This document shows positions 1-8,620 of a stretch of 64,000 nt of DNA, piece by piece. The notes beneath the pieces were generated by a model. The model worked only from the letters and a program-made list of their open reading frames with translations, had not been told where the DNA came from and did not search any database. Within the stretch, counting starts at the first letter, position 1. The number at the start of each line of letters is the position of its first letter. Made by a program: the position numbers and the translations under genes. The DNA comes from Clostridia bacterium (GTDB taxonomy: Bacteria; Bacillota; Clostridia; Oscillospirales; SIG627), in assembly GCA_017439965.1 (NCBI GenBank), contig JAFSID010000051.1, positions 33,232-97,231 on the forward strand, written 5' to 3'.

Positions 1-34
1 TGATAAGCTATTTATATCAAGAGGAGAGACGGAA

Positions 35-1393
35 GTGTTTAAGCTGAAAAACAGAGAGCGAGGGTCCGTAACCGTTGAGGCAGCAATCTCTTTGACAACG
101 TTTATGTTTGCAATCGTAACGATTCTTACCATAATGAATATTTGTATCGTTCAGGCTAAAATCAGCGTTGCTATTAATTCGGCTGCCAAGGAGCTTTCAC
201 AGTACAGCTACCTTTATGCAATTACGGGGCTTAATGAAAGCCATTCCGCAATAAGCAAATCGGCTGAAGAAACAAAAAAAGATATCGACTCAACCGTTTC
301 GGACGTCAATGCGGTATTTACCGAGATTCAGAATCTTGGTAACTCTACCGAGAAGCTTGAGGCTCAGGATTACTCGGGCTTTCTGAATGACGTAGAAGCG
401 AGTGCCGCTAACGTAAAGGATTCTGCGGGCTCGTTAAAGAATACCGTTACGAAAATGGCGGAGGACCCGAAGGGAGTTGCCTTTGGAATTGCAAAAATTG
501 CGGCAAACGACGGCTTGAATTTTGCTATGTCCAAGCTTGTTGCAGAGCCCTTGTCCAAGGTTCTATGCAAAAAGAATCTCGTTTCCACAAAGGGCGGTGA
601 GGTCGAGGAGTATCTGAAGGGCTTGGGAGTCGTACCCTCCGCAACGGGCTCCTATATGGACGGACTTGATTTTTCGGGCTCAACCATATTCCCTGACGGC
701 TCAAACGAAATAAAAGTACACGTTGAATATAAGGTCAAGGCTATTTCGCTGTTGCCGATAGATGCAACCTTTACCTTCAGCCAAACCGCTATAACACACG
801 GATGGCTCGCGGGAGAAAACAGCTACCGTACCTTAAAAGAGGTTTTGGGAGAGGAAAGCAACGTCAATATCTGGACGAAGGGCACTCTCAGTGAGCGTAC
901 CGACCTCATCCGACATCAAGGCGTAAAGGAGCTTGAGAAGGAGGGCTACTCCAAGGTAACGGGAGCAAGCTATCAGGATATACAGCTTTATAACGCTACC
1001 ACAAACGAGTTTGCCGCGGTTCATTCCATGAATCCGCTTTACAGTGCAGAGGGAGCCCCGTCGCTCACTCTTGACGACATAAACGAAAGCGTTATACAGT
1101 CTCAGATTGAGACGCTTTGCTCGGGGATATCGGATACCGCAGCCTCACTCACCTCGGTTCAGGTAAAGAAATCCGACGGCTCCAAGGACCCGAATGCCAA
1201 GCCCTGCGCAAACGCTACCTCACGAATAGTGCTTGTCATTCCTCAGGACGAGGGCCTTCAGGAGAAAATACAGACAATTATTGATAAGTCCAATACCCAA
1301 GGGGTGACCGTTGAGCTTGTGTCAAACTACGGTAACGGTGCAAGAACCACCGAGGTTAAGGATGATTCAAAGAGTGAGGAGGGAGAAGGATGA
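35..1393 (+). CDS. TadE/TadG-like pseudopilin with large C-terminal domain (452 aa)
   Basis: GTG start behind a GAGGAG RBS. N-terminus RERG/SVTVEAAISL plus a hydrophobic helix is a Flp/TadE-type class III signal. The stop overlaps the next start (ATGA). Confidence 0.7.
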   Translation: MFKLKNRERGSVTVEAAISLTTFMFAIVTILTIMNICIVQAKISVAINSAAKELSQYSYLYAITGLNESHSAISKSAEETKKDIDSTVSDVNAVFTEIQNLGNSTEKLEAQDYSGFLNDVEASAANVKDSAGSLKNTVTKMAEDPKGVAFGIAKIAANDGLNFAMSKLVAEPLSKVLCKKNLVSTKGGEVEEYLKGLGVVPSATGSYMDGLDFSGSTIFPDGSNEIKVHVEYKVKAISLLPIDATFTFSQTAITHGWLAGENSYRTLKEVLGEESNVNIWTKGTLSERTDLIRHQGVKELEKEGYSKVTGASYQDIQLYNATTNEFAAVHSMNPLYSAEGAPSLTLDDINESVIQSQIETLCSGISDTAASLTSVQVKKSDGSKDPNAKPCANATSRIVLVIPQDEGLQEKIQTIIDKSNTQGVTVELVSNYGNGARTTEVKDDSKSEEGEG

Positions 1394-2055
1394 GCGTTAC
1401 AGTTGATATTCTTCTTTCACTCATTCTCGGATTTATCGGATACGTCGCAGTATGCTACTACTTTAACGGCATAAGATGGAATTCGGGAAATACGGCAGCC
1501 TTAAAGCTGACTAAGAATAAAATATTATATTTAACCGTTGCACTTGCTACGGCTGTTGTGATGATAGCTATGCTTACTTATTATTATAAGCTTGCTTTAC
1601 TTACACGTATCAGGCTGGTTTCTTTGGTTTTTATAATATTACCGTGTGCGGCGGTTGATTTCCGATTGCAAAAAATACCTAACGAGTTCATTCTCTCGGC
1701 ACTTGTAATAAGATGTATTATTTACACAGTCGAGCTTTTGGTCTCTCCTGAAAATACCTGGCTTGCATTCAAGAGCCAGATTATAGGAGCGATCGTTATT
1801 GCAGGATTTTTTATGGTTTTACTGCTTGCCTTTAAAAACAGTATCGGTATGGGCGACATTAAGCTGTTTGCCGTAATGGGCTTATACCAGGGCTTGTGGG
1901 GAGTTATAAATTCCGTATTCTTCTCACTGGCGGCATCTTTTGTTATTTCAATTGCTTTTTTGATTACCAAAAAGAAGGGCAGAAAAGATTCAATAGCCTT
2001 TGCACCAAGCATTTTCGTAGGTACAGTCGTTGCAATTTGCTTGGCGGGAATGTAA
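1390..2055 (+). CDS. A24-family prepilin peptidase (CpaA/TadV-like)
   Basis: Polytopic membrane protein with the two conserved Asp motifs (AAVDFRLQKIPNE and GMGDIKLF). Translationally coupled to the TadE-like gene. Confidence 0.75.
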   Translation: MSVTVDILLSLILGFIGYVAVCYYFNGIRWNSGNTAALKLTKNKILYLTVALATAVVMIAMLTYYYKLALLTRIRLVSLVFIILPCAAVDFRLQKIPNEFILSALVIRCIIYTVELLVSPENTWLAFKSQIIGAIVIAGFFMVLLLAFKNSIGMGDIKLFAVMGLYQGLWGVINSVFFSLAASFVISIAFLITKKKGRKDSIAFAPSIFVGTVVAICLAGM

Positions 2056-2068
2056 GAGAGGATTAAAA

Positions 2069-3379
2069 ATGAAGAATTATAAATTTATTGTTCCTGTTGC
2101 CTTGTTGGCTCTCTTGGCCGTTTCGTGGTATATGCTTATATCGGGAGCGACCGAAACGAAAAATACATATGATTATTATTTGGAGGAAGCCAGAGGGTAT
2201 GCGGAGGTGAGCATCACTCAGTACGCTATTCAGAATTATTTGAAGGCCATTGAGGTTAACAATAATCCCGACGTGTACGTTGAGGTTGCGGAATACTATA
2301 AAACTCACGATTCCCGCGAGCATATTGATTGGTGTGAGGATTTTCTGGATGCGTTCCCGACCGATGCGAGAGCGTATAACTGTATGCTCGAGGCATATTT
2401 GCTGGATGAGGACTATGAGGCGTGCTTCGATATTATCGAGACGGCAAGAAGACGTCAGGTGTCGAGCGAGTATATAGATAAAATAAATAACGATTTAAAA
2501 TACGTTTACGGCTTTGAATTTGGTTCCTTTGATGACGTTTCCTCATACGGAAATAATTACTGTGCAGTGCTTGAGGATGACAGATGGGGCTTCGTTGACA
2601 GATACGGAGCACTTCGTATCGGACATTCATACGTTGAGGTCGGAGCCTTTTCTTCCGCTAATTGCGCGCCCGTTGTAAATTCCAAGGGCGAGGTTTATTT
2701 CGTCGATAAGGCTGGACTCAGAGTAAAGGCTACGAAGGATAAATATCTCAAATTCGGCATGCTCGTAAGCGACGTAATGACAGCTCAGAAGGAAGACGGA
2801 AAATATACTTATCTCAACGGAAGCTTCGAGGTGCTTTTCGGCAATTACGATTACGCTTCAACAATGAATTACGGAATTGCTGCCGTTAAGAATGCTGATA
2901 AGTGGAGCCTTATAAACTATGAGGGCAAGAAGGTTGGGGACAAGGAATACCTTGATATCGTTCTCGACGAAAAGGAGATTGCTTTCCGTTCGGACCGTGT
3001 CTTCGTTTCATCCTCCGACGGTAAGTATATTATGCTTGACGGTAAGGCTAAACAGGTTGGCAAGCTCGTTTTTGAAGAGGCAATGACGTTCTTGAGCGAT
3101 GCTCCGACCGCTGTTAAGGTCGACGGTAAATGGTGCTTCGTCGGAACCGACGGAAAGCTTATATCCGACAAGAAATACGACGGTGCAAGACCGTTTCTTA
3201 ATGGATTGGCGGCTGTTTGCATTGACGGTAAATGGGGCTTTGTGGATGAAAAAGAAAACGTTGTAATTGAGCCTCAGTTTGACGGCGCTAAGGATTTCAC
3301 CGAAAAAGGAAGCTGCTTTATAAAAATCGAGGATGATTGGAAGCTGCTTAAAATATATCGTTTGAATAGGGAGAGCTGA
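2069..3379 (+). CDS. membrane-anchored TPR plus WG (KWG)-repeat protein
   Basis: N-terminal TM helix. Repeated DRWGFVD, DKWSLIN, GKWCFVG and GKWGFVD motifs. Start taken at ATG 2069 (RBS GAGAGG) rather than ORF-track position 2030, which overlaps the peptidase gene. Confidence 0.6.
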   Translation: MKNYKFIVPVALLALLAVSWYMLISGATETKNTYDYYLEEARGYAEVSITQYAIQNYLKAIEVNNNPDVYVEVAEYYKTHDSREHIDWCEDFLDAFPTDARAYNCMLEAYLLDEDYEACFDIIETARRRQVSSEYIDKINNDLKYVYGFEFGSFDDVSSYGNNYCAVLEDDRWGFVDRYGALRIGHSYVEVGAFSSANCAPVVNSKGEVYFVDKAGLRVKATKDKYLKFGMLVSDVMTAQKEDGKYTYLNGSFEVLFGNYDYASTMNYGIAAVKNADKWSLINYEGKKVGDKEYLDIVLDEKEIAFRSDRVFVSSSDGKYIMLDGKAKQVGKLVFEEAMTFLSDAPTAVKVDGKWCFVGTDGKLISDKKYDGARPFLNGLAAVCIDGKWGFVDEKENVVIEPQFDGAKDFTEKGSCFIKIEDDWKLLKIYRLNRES

Positions 3380-3380
3380 A

Positions 3381-5006
3381 ATGAATTTTACGTTTGAAAA
3401 TCAAGGAAATAATACATATTTGGTATACGAAATTGCAGAGGATGACTGCATTGACACAATGAGTCTCGGAATGCTCACGAACAACAAGATTCCGGGTCTT
3501 GCACCTGCAATTTTTACGCAGATGGATACGACGAAGTTTATAAAGTACAACGTATCCTCGCATATTTCAGTCAGACAGTTTTTTACGGGTCCCGTTAACA
3601 AAAAGCGTCTTATCGGCGTTTGCAACGGTATTGTTGACGCTATGCTTTCCGCAGAGGATTATATGATAGACGAAGGCTCGATTTTGCTCGACCTTGACTA
3701 TATTTTTGCTGACGTGGCATCCTGCGAGACTATTCTTATTTGCCTGCCCTTGCTCGATATGTCATCAGCCCCCGTTGATCTCGGTCTTTTCTTTAAGAAT
3801 ATTATATTCAGCACACAGTTCGACCAGACCGAAAATTGCGATCACGTTGCAAAGCTTATGAATTATCTCAACAGCACTCCCGCCTTTTCTCTTACGGCGT
3901 TCAAGGAATTGCTGATGAGCATTGATACTGCGTCAACCCCTGCCGTTAAGGTACAGCCCGTTGTACAGAACGTTAGCCAGCAGCCCGTTGTAAATCAGGC
4001 TAAGGTACAGCAGAATAATGCAGGCGTTCAGGCGGCGGCTCCTAAGCCCGAGGCGGTCAAGCCTCAGGTTCAGGTCAACGTACCCGTGAGCAATCCAGTT
4101 GCAGCTCATACCGAGAAGAAGGCGGTTGAAGCTCCCGTGCAGAAGCCCGAGGCGACAGCGGAGACGGGCGAAAAGAAAATGACGATGTTCGATCTGCTCA
4201 GAAATTACAGCAAGGACAACGCGGCAAAATACAAGGCTCAAAAAGAGGCAAGCAAGGTGGCTTCAGCTACGGCTCCAAAGCCCGAGAAGCAGAATGGAGT
4301 ACCCACCCCCAACGGTGTGCCCAGACCTCAGGGAGTACCTACTCCCAACGGTGTTCCTAATCCTCACAGAGCTTCTGCAGGTAATAACGGCTTTGCAGTT
4401 CCGGGAAAAGACGGTAATCACGGCTTTGCGGTTCCGGGAAAGTCCGATACGAACGTAGGCTTTGCAGTTCCGGGAAGACCTGAGCCTGCTGCGACACGCG
4501 TTGAGGTAAAGGCTGAGAACGGAGTGGAGGTTAACAACACTCCTGCTCCCGTCGAGCAAACGGCAAACAACACGGTTTCGGTGTCCTCGGGCTATACAGC
4601 GCCCGTTGCTCAGCAGAAGGCTATGAACTTCGGTGAGACTACCGTTCTCAGCGGTGCACCTATGGGTGAAACCAGCGTTTTAAGTGTTGATCCTGTGGCA
4701 AAGCAGATGCCTAAGCCCATTCTTATCAGAATCAAGAATAACGAGAAGATTAATGTCGACAAGCCCGTGTTCAGAATCGGCAAGGAAAAGAGCTACGTTG
4801 ATTATTTCATTGCGGATAATTCTACCATAAGCCGAAGCCACGCCAACATAATGACAAAGGACGGCGCTTATTATATCGTTGATACAAACTCGACGAACCA
4901 CGTTTACGTTAACGGTCAGATGATACAGAGCAATGCCGAGGTCAGAATCAACAGCGGTGACAGAATAAAGCTTTCAAACGAGGAATTTGAATTTAAGATT
5001 CTGTAA
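3381..5006 (+). CDS. FHA-domain protein with Pro/Gln-rich linker
   Basis: C-terminal FRIGKEKSYVDYFI..ISRSHANI..YYIVDTNSTNHVYVNG..GDRIKLSNEEFEF is a canonical FHA fold signature. Long low-complexity linker with GVPxP and GFAVPG repeats. Confidence 0.85.
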   Translation: MNFTFENQGNNTYLVYEIAEDDCIDTMSLGMLTNNKIPGLAPAIFTQMDTTKFIKYNVSSHISVRQFFTGPVNKKRLIGVCNGIVDAMLSAEDYMIDEGSILLDLDYIFADVASCETILICLPLLDMSSAPVDLGLFFKNIIFSTQFDQTENCDHVAKLMNYLNSTPAFSLTAFKELLMSIDTASTPAVKVQPVVQNVSQQPVVNQAKVQQNNAGVQAAAPKPEAVKPQVQVNVPVSNPVAAHTEKKAVEAPVQKPEATAETGEKKMTMFDLLRNYSKDNAAKYKAQKEASKVASATAPKPEKQNGVPTPNGVPRPQGVPTPNGVPNPHRASAGNNGFAVPGKDGNHGFAVPGKSDTNVGFAVPGRPEPAATRVEVKAENGVEVNNTPAPVEQTANNTVSVSSGYTAPVAQQKAMNFGETTVLSGAPMGETSVLSVDPVAKQMPKPILIRIKNNEKINVDKPVFRIGKEKSYVDYFIADNSTISRSHANIMTKDGAYYIVDTNSTNHVYVNGQMIQSNAEVRINSGDRIKLSNEEFEFKIL

Positions 5007-5121
5007 TAAGGCTCGACGTATGAGCTGTTCGTGAAAACACAGCGTTTTAATTATATCTTGAGATTGTTATAAAACATCAAAAAAACAATTAAAAAAACAT
5101 TAAATTATAGCAAGGAAGGTA

Positions 5122-5895
5122 ATGGCAGTGAATTTTATTATTTCCGCTAATACGGATGTAGGTATCGTAAAATCCACCAATCAGGACGGTATGTCCGTTA
5201 AGGTGCTGAATACTCCTCAGGGACGAATGGTGTTTGCTTGCTTATGCGACGGTATGGGCGGTCTTGACAAGGGAGAGGTGGCAAGCACGTCTGTAGTCAA
5301 GGCATTTGACAAATGGGTGGTTGAAAGACTTCCCGAGCTTTGCGCGGAGCCTCTTGAGGATTCAATCATTCGTGAAAGCTGGAATCATATTATCACCGAA
5401 ATGAATACTGCCATAAAAAAATACGGCGCTCAGCAGGGGGTAAAGCTTGGCACGACTGCTGTGGTTATGCTTTTGACACAAACCAGATACTATATCTTAA
5501 ACGTAGGTGATTCCCGCGTTTATGAGATTTGCGATTTTGTCAAGCAGATAACCGCAGACCAGACGTTTGTGGCAAGGGAGGTTGCACTTGGAAATATGAC
5601 TCCCGAGGAGGCTCTTGTTGATGAGCGTCGCAACGTTTTGTTACAGTGCGTCGGTGCATCCGAGGATGTATATCCTGAGATGTTTTTCGGAGACGTTCTT
5701 CAAAATGCGGTATATATGATGTGCTCGGACGGCTTCAGACACGAGATTTCCGAGCAGGAGATATTTGAAAAACTTCAGCCGTCGGTGCTTTTTGACGATT
5801 ACACAATGAATAAGCATTCGGTTGAGCTGATAGAGCTTAACAAGTCACGCAAGGAAAGAGACAATATTTCCGTTGTGCTGGTAAGAACTTTTTAA
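5122..5895 (+). CDS. PP2C-family Ser/Thr phosphatase
   Basis: Motifs NQDG, CDGMGG, NVGDSRVY, MCSDGF and NISVVLV. Confidence 0.85.
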   Translation: MAVNFIISANTDVGIVKSTNQDGMSVKVLNTPQGRMVFACLCDGMGGLDKGEVASTSVVKAFDKWVVERLPELCAEPLEDSIIRESWNHIITEMNTAIKKYGAQQGVKLGTTAVVMLLTQTRYYILNVGDSRVYEICDFVKQITADQTFVAREVALGNMTPEEALVDERRNVLLQCVGASEDVYPEMFFGDVLQNAVYMMCSDGFRHEISEQEIFEKLQPSVLFDDYTMNKHSVELIELNKSRKERDNISVVLVRTF

Positions 5896-5907
5896 GGAGG
5901 GATAAGC

Positions 5908-7587
5908 ATGCTTGAGATTGGTACTCTTGTAGACGGTAAGTATAAGATACTTAACAAGGTTGGTCAGGGCGGTATGAGCGTTGTTTATCTCGCCATGAAT
6001 GAAAAGGCAAATAAGCAATGGGCTGTCAAGGAGGTCCGTAAGGACGGTATAAAGGATTTTGAGGTAGTCAAGCAGGGACTGGTTGCGGAAACCGATATTT
6101 TGAAGAAGCTTAATCATCCGCACCTTCCCAGTATCATCGACGTAATAGACACGGATGATTCATTTATTATAATAATGGATTACATCCAGGGTAACTCACT
6201 TAATAAAGCACTTGATGAATACGGTGCTCAGCCTCAGGAATACGTAATTGATTGGGCAAAGCAGCTTTGCGACGTTCTCGGCTATCTTCACACCAGAACT
6301 CCCGCTATTATTTACAGAGATATGAAGCCTGCAAATATTATGCTCAAGCCCGACGGAAACGTTACGCTTATAGACTTTGGTACGGCAAGAGAGTTCAAGG
6401 AAAAGAACCTTGCGGATACCACCTGTCTCGGAACGGTAGGCTATGCCGCTCCCGAGCAGTTCGGCGGAATGGGTCAGACGGACGCAAGAACTGATATTTA
6501 CTGTCTCGGCGCAACGCTTTATCATCTTGTAACGGGTATGAATCCTTGTGAGCCTCCTTATGAGATAAAGCCGATACGCGAGATTAACCCCTCGCTCTCG
6601 GGCGGTCTTGAGAGAATAATACTTAAGTGTACTCAAAGAGACCCTAACGACAGATATCAGTCGGCGGCGGAGCTTATGTACGCCCTTGAGCATTATGAGG
6701 AAATCGACGATATATACAGAAAAAAGCAAAAGAGAAAGCTTGGTGCGTTTATAACCACAACGTCTCTTGCGGTGCTTTTTGGAATTACCTCCGTTTTCGG
6801 ATACGCTTCCTCGATAAGCAAGCGAAGTGAGAATTACGATATCATTCTTAAGGGTGCTGACAGTGTCGAGCAGTATTATGAAGCGATTCTTACGGACACG
6901 TCAAGAACTGAAGCGTATACGGGGCTTAACGAGTTTATCATTTCCGATTATACCGTGACCAAGGAAGAGGGACAACAGCTTTTAAGACTCAGAGCAGGAC
7001 TTGAGAGAGAGCTTTCATCAGGCTTCTTGGAGACGGTTGACGTTATGAAGGAGCTACGCGAAAGCAACAAGGAAGGATATGACAAGGTATGCTTTGATAT
7101 CGGATGGTCGTTCCTTTCATATTACGATACAGATATTGACCGTGACAGATATTCCAATGCGGCAAAATGGTTTGAGGATATAAAGGAAAACTCGGATGAA
7201 AACGGCGCAATTGCCGAAATTTTCTGCGATATTTACGAGTGCACCAACAAGCTCAACCAGCTAAGAGGCGGTAAGGTAATTCAAACTCAGGAGTTAAACG
7301 TTCAGCGTGAAAAGCTTTGGACAATGATTCAGGATCTGAAAACTAAGTCTGACGGCTACGAAATAGACTACAAGCTTCAGGTCTGGATGGAGATAGACGG
7401 TCTTGTAAACAATAATATTGCGGATTTTCTTGAGGTTGCACAGCCGGATGAGCTTATTGAAATGCTCAAAACCATCAAGGACGGTGTTTCTGACGCCGAT
7501 GATTCAAATCCCGATATATTGAATCTTAAAAACAGACTTAAAGAGTCGGTTGTACATACTATACAGAGAATTGAAACTGCAAAGTAA
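5908..7587 (+). CDS. Hanks-type Ser/Thr protein kinase, one TM helix, non-PASTA C-terminal domain
   Basis: GQGGMSVVY, AVKE, YRDMKPANIM, DFGTARE and GTVGYAAPEQ. TM helix LGAFITTTSLAVLFGITSVFGYA followed by about 270 aa of unknown fold. Confidence 0.9.
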   Translation: MLEIGTLVDGKYKILNKVGQGGMSVVYLAMNEKANKQWAVKEVRKDGIKDFEVVKQGLVAETDILKKLNHPHLPSIIDVIDTDDSFIIIMDYIQGNSLNKALDEYGAQPQEYVIDWAKQLCDVLGYLHTRTPAIIYRDMKPANIMLKPDGNVTLIDFGTAREFKEKNLADTTCLGTVGYAAPEQFGGMGQTDARTDIYCLGATLYHLVTGMNPCEPPYEIKPIREINPSLSGGLERIILKCTQRDPNDRYQSAAELMYALEHYEEIDDIYRKKQKRKLGAFITTTSLAVLFGITSVFGYASSISKRSENYDIILKGADSVEQYYEAILTDTSRTEAYTGLNEFIISDYTVTKEEGQQLLRLRAGLERELSSGFLETVDVMKELRESNKEGYDKVCFDIGWSFLSYYDTDIDRDRYSNAAKWFEDIKENSDENGAIAEIFCDIYECTNKLNQLRGGKVIQTQELNVQREKLWTMIQDLKTKSDGYEIDYKLQVWMEIDGLVNNNIADFLEVAQPDELIEMLKTIKDGVSDADDSNPDILNLKNRLKESVVHTIQRIETAK

Positions 7588-7602
7588 AGGAGGGCACTTG
7601 AT

Positions 7603-8142
7603 ATGACATATGAGATATACCGTTATATATTTTTAGGCAGTGCCGTTCTTTGCGGAATAATGGTTGCCGTATCAATCGTTCTGTTTTTCGTTTTAAGGAT
7701 ACCGAGTGTCATCGGTGACCTGACGGGTCTTACTGCAAAAAAAGGAATTGAAAACATCAGAAACAAAAACGAAAGCACCGGAGAAAAGGTGTATAAAAGC
7801 AGTACGGTTAATAGAGAGAGAGGAAGAATTACCGACAAAATATCTCCCTCGGGACGAATTGACAGAGCTTATACCGATTCTATCGGAGGGGCGATGTCAA
7901 CGGAGAAGCTTTCAACCGAACAGCTCTCGGGCGATACCGATGTGCTGGGCGGAAATGAGACCTCCGTGCTGACAGAGGAGCTTGCCTCAGGCGGCGAAAC
8001 CGCTCTGCTGTCGGAGCTTGACGCTACGGGAAATACCGAACAGCTTTCGCAACAAGCAACGGTCGGCGCGAGCGTTTTTGAGATTGAATATGAAATCGAA
8101 TACGTTCATTCCGACGAGATAGTATCAGCGGAGGTGCTGTAA
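7603..8142 (+). CDS. N-terminally anchored protein with TxxL repeats (hypothetical)
   Basis: AGGAGG RBS, one TM helix, and an acidic tail carrying GDTDVLGG, NETSVLT and GGETALLS. Confidence 0.55.
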   Translation: MTYEIYRYIFLGSAVLCGIMVAVSIVLFFVLRIPSVIGDLTGLTAKKGIENIRNKNESTGEKVYKSSTVNRERGRITDKISPSGRIDRAYTDSIGGAMSTEKLSTEQLSGDTDVLGGNETSVLTEELASGGETALLSELDATGNTEQLSQQATVGASVFEIEYEIEYVHSDEIVSAEVL

Positions 8143-8606
8143 TGGGAACAAAGCTTAATTACTCACTGTTTATCACATCAATGATTGGTTATTTTTTGAT
8201 GTCTGTAACATTTCTGTTTATGCCACTTGAGACCCTTGAGGAGAGTATAGACAATTACAGCAACATTCTCGGAATACTTTTTTGGGTATTTCTTGCAATA
8301 GGAGTTATAACCCAGTTCGTTTTATCCTACCGACTCAAGCTATGGTGCAGGACGGATAAGAATGCTTTGTTAAAAAGCAAAAGAATGAGCTACGGTGTTA
8401 TTGCTTTTTGGAAAAATCCTCCCGCAAGGATATCCGACGCGGTAATGCTTATCAGCATAGTAGGACTTGTTATATCAATCCTTGCCACTGATGCAACCGG
8501 ATATATGTGTTATGTTTTTGTATCGTTGCTTGTGTTTGCGTTTTGCTCGCATTGCATATTCAACGGAAAAATATATTATTATCTTACAAATAAAACGTAC
8601 AAATAA
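8142..8606 (+). CDS. small polytopic membrane protein (hypothetical)
   Basis: TAATG one-nt overlap with the upstream gene. About four hydrophobic helices. Confidence 0.5.
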   Translation: MGTKLNYSLFITSMIGYFLMSVTFLFMPLETLEESIDNYSNILGILFWVFLAIGVITQFVLSYRLKLWCRTDKNALLKSKRMSYGVIAFWKNPPARISDAVMLISIVGLVISILATDATGYMCYVFVSLLVFAFCSHCIFNGKIYYYLTNKTYK

Positions 8607-8620
8607 TAAGGAGTATCAAA

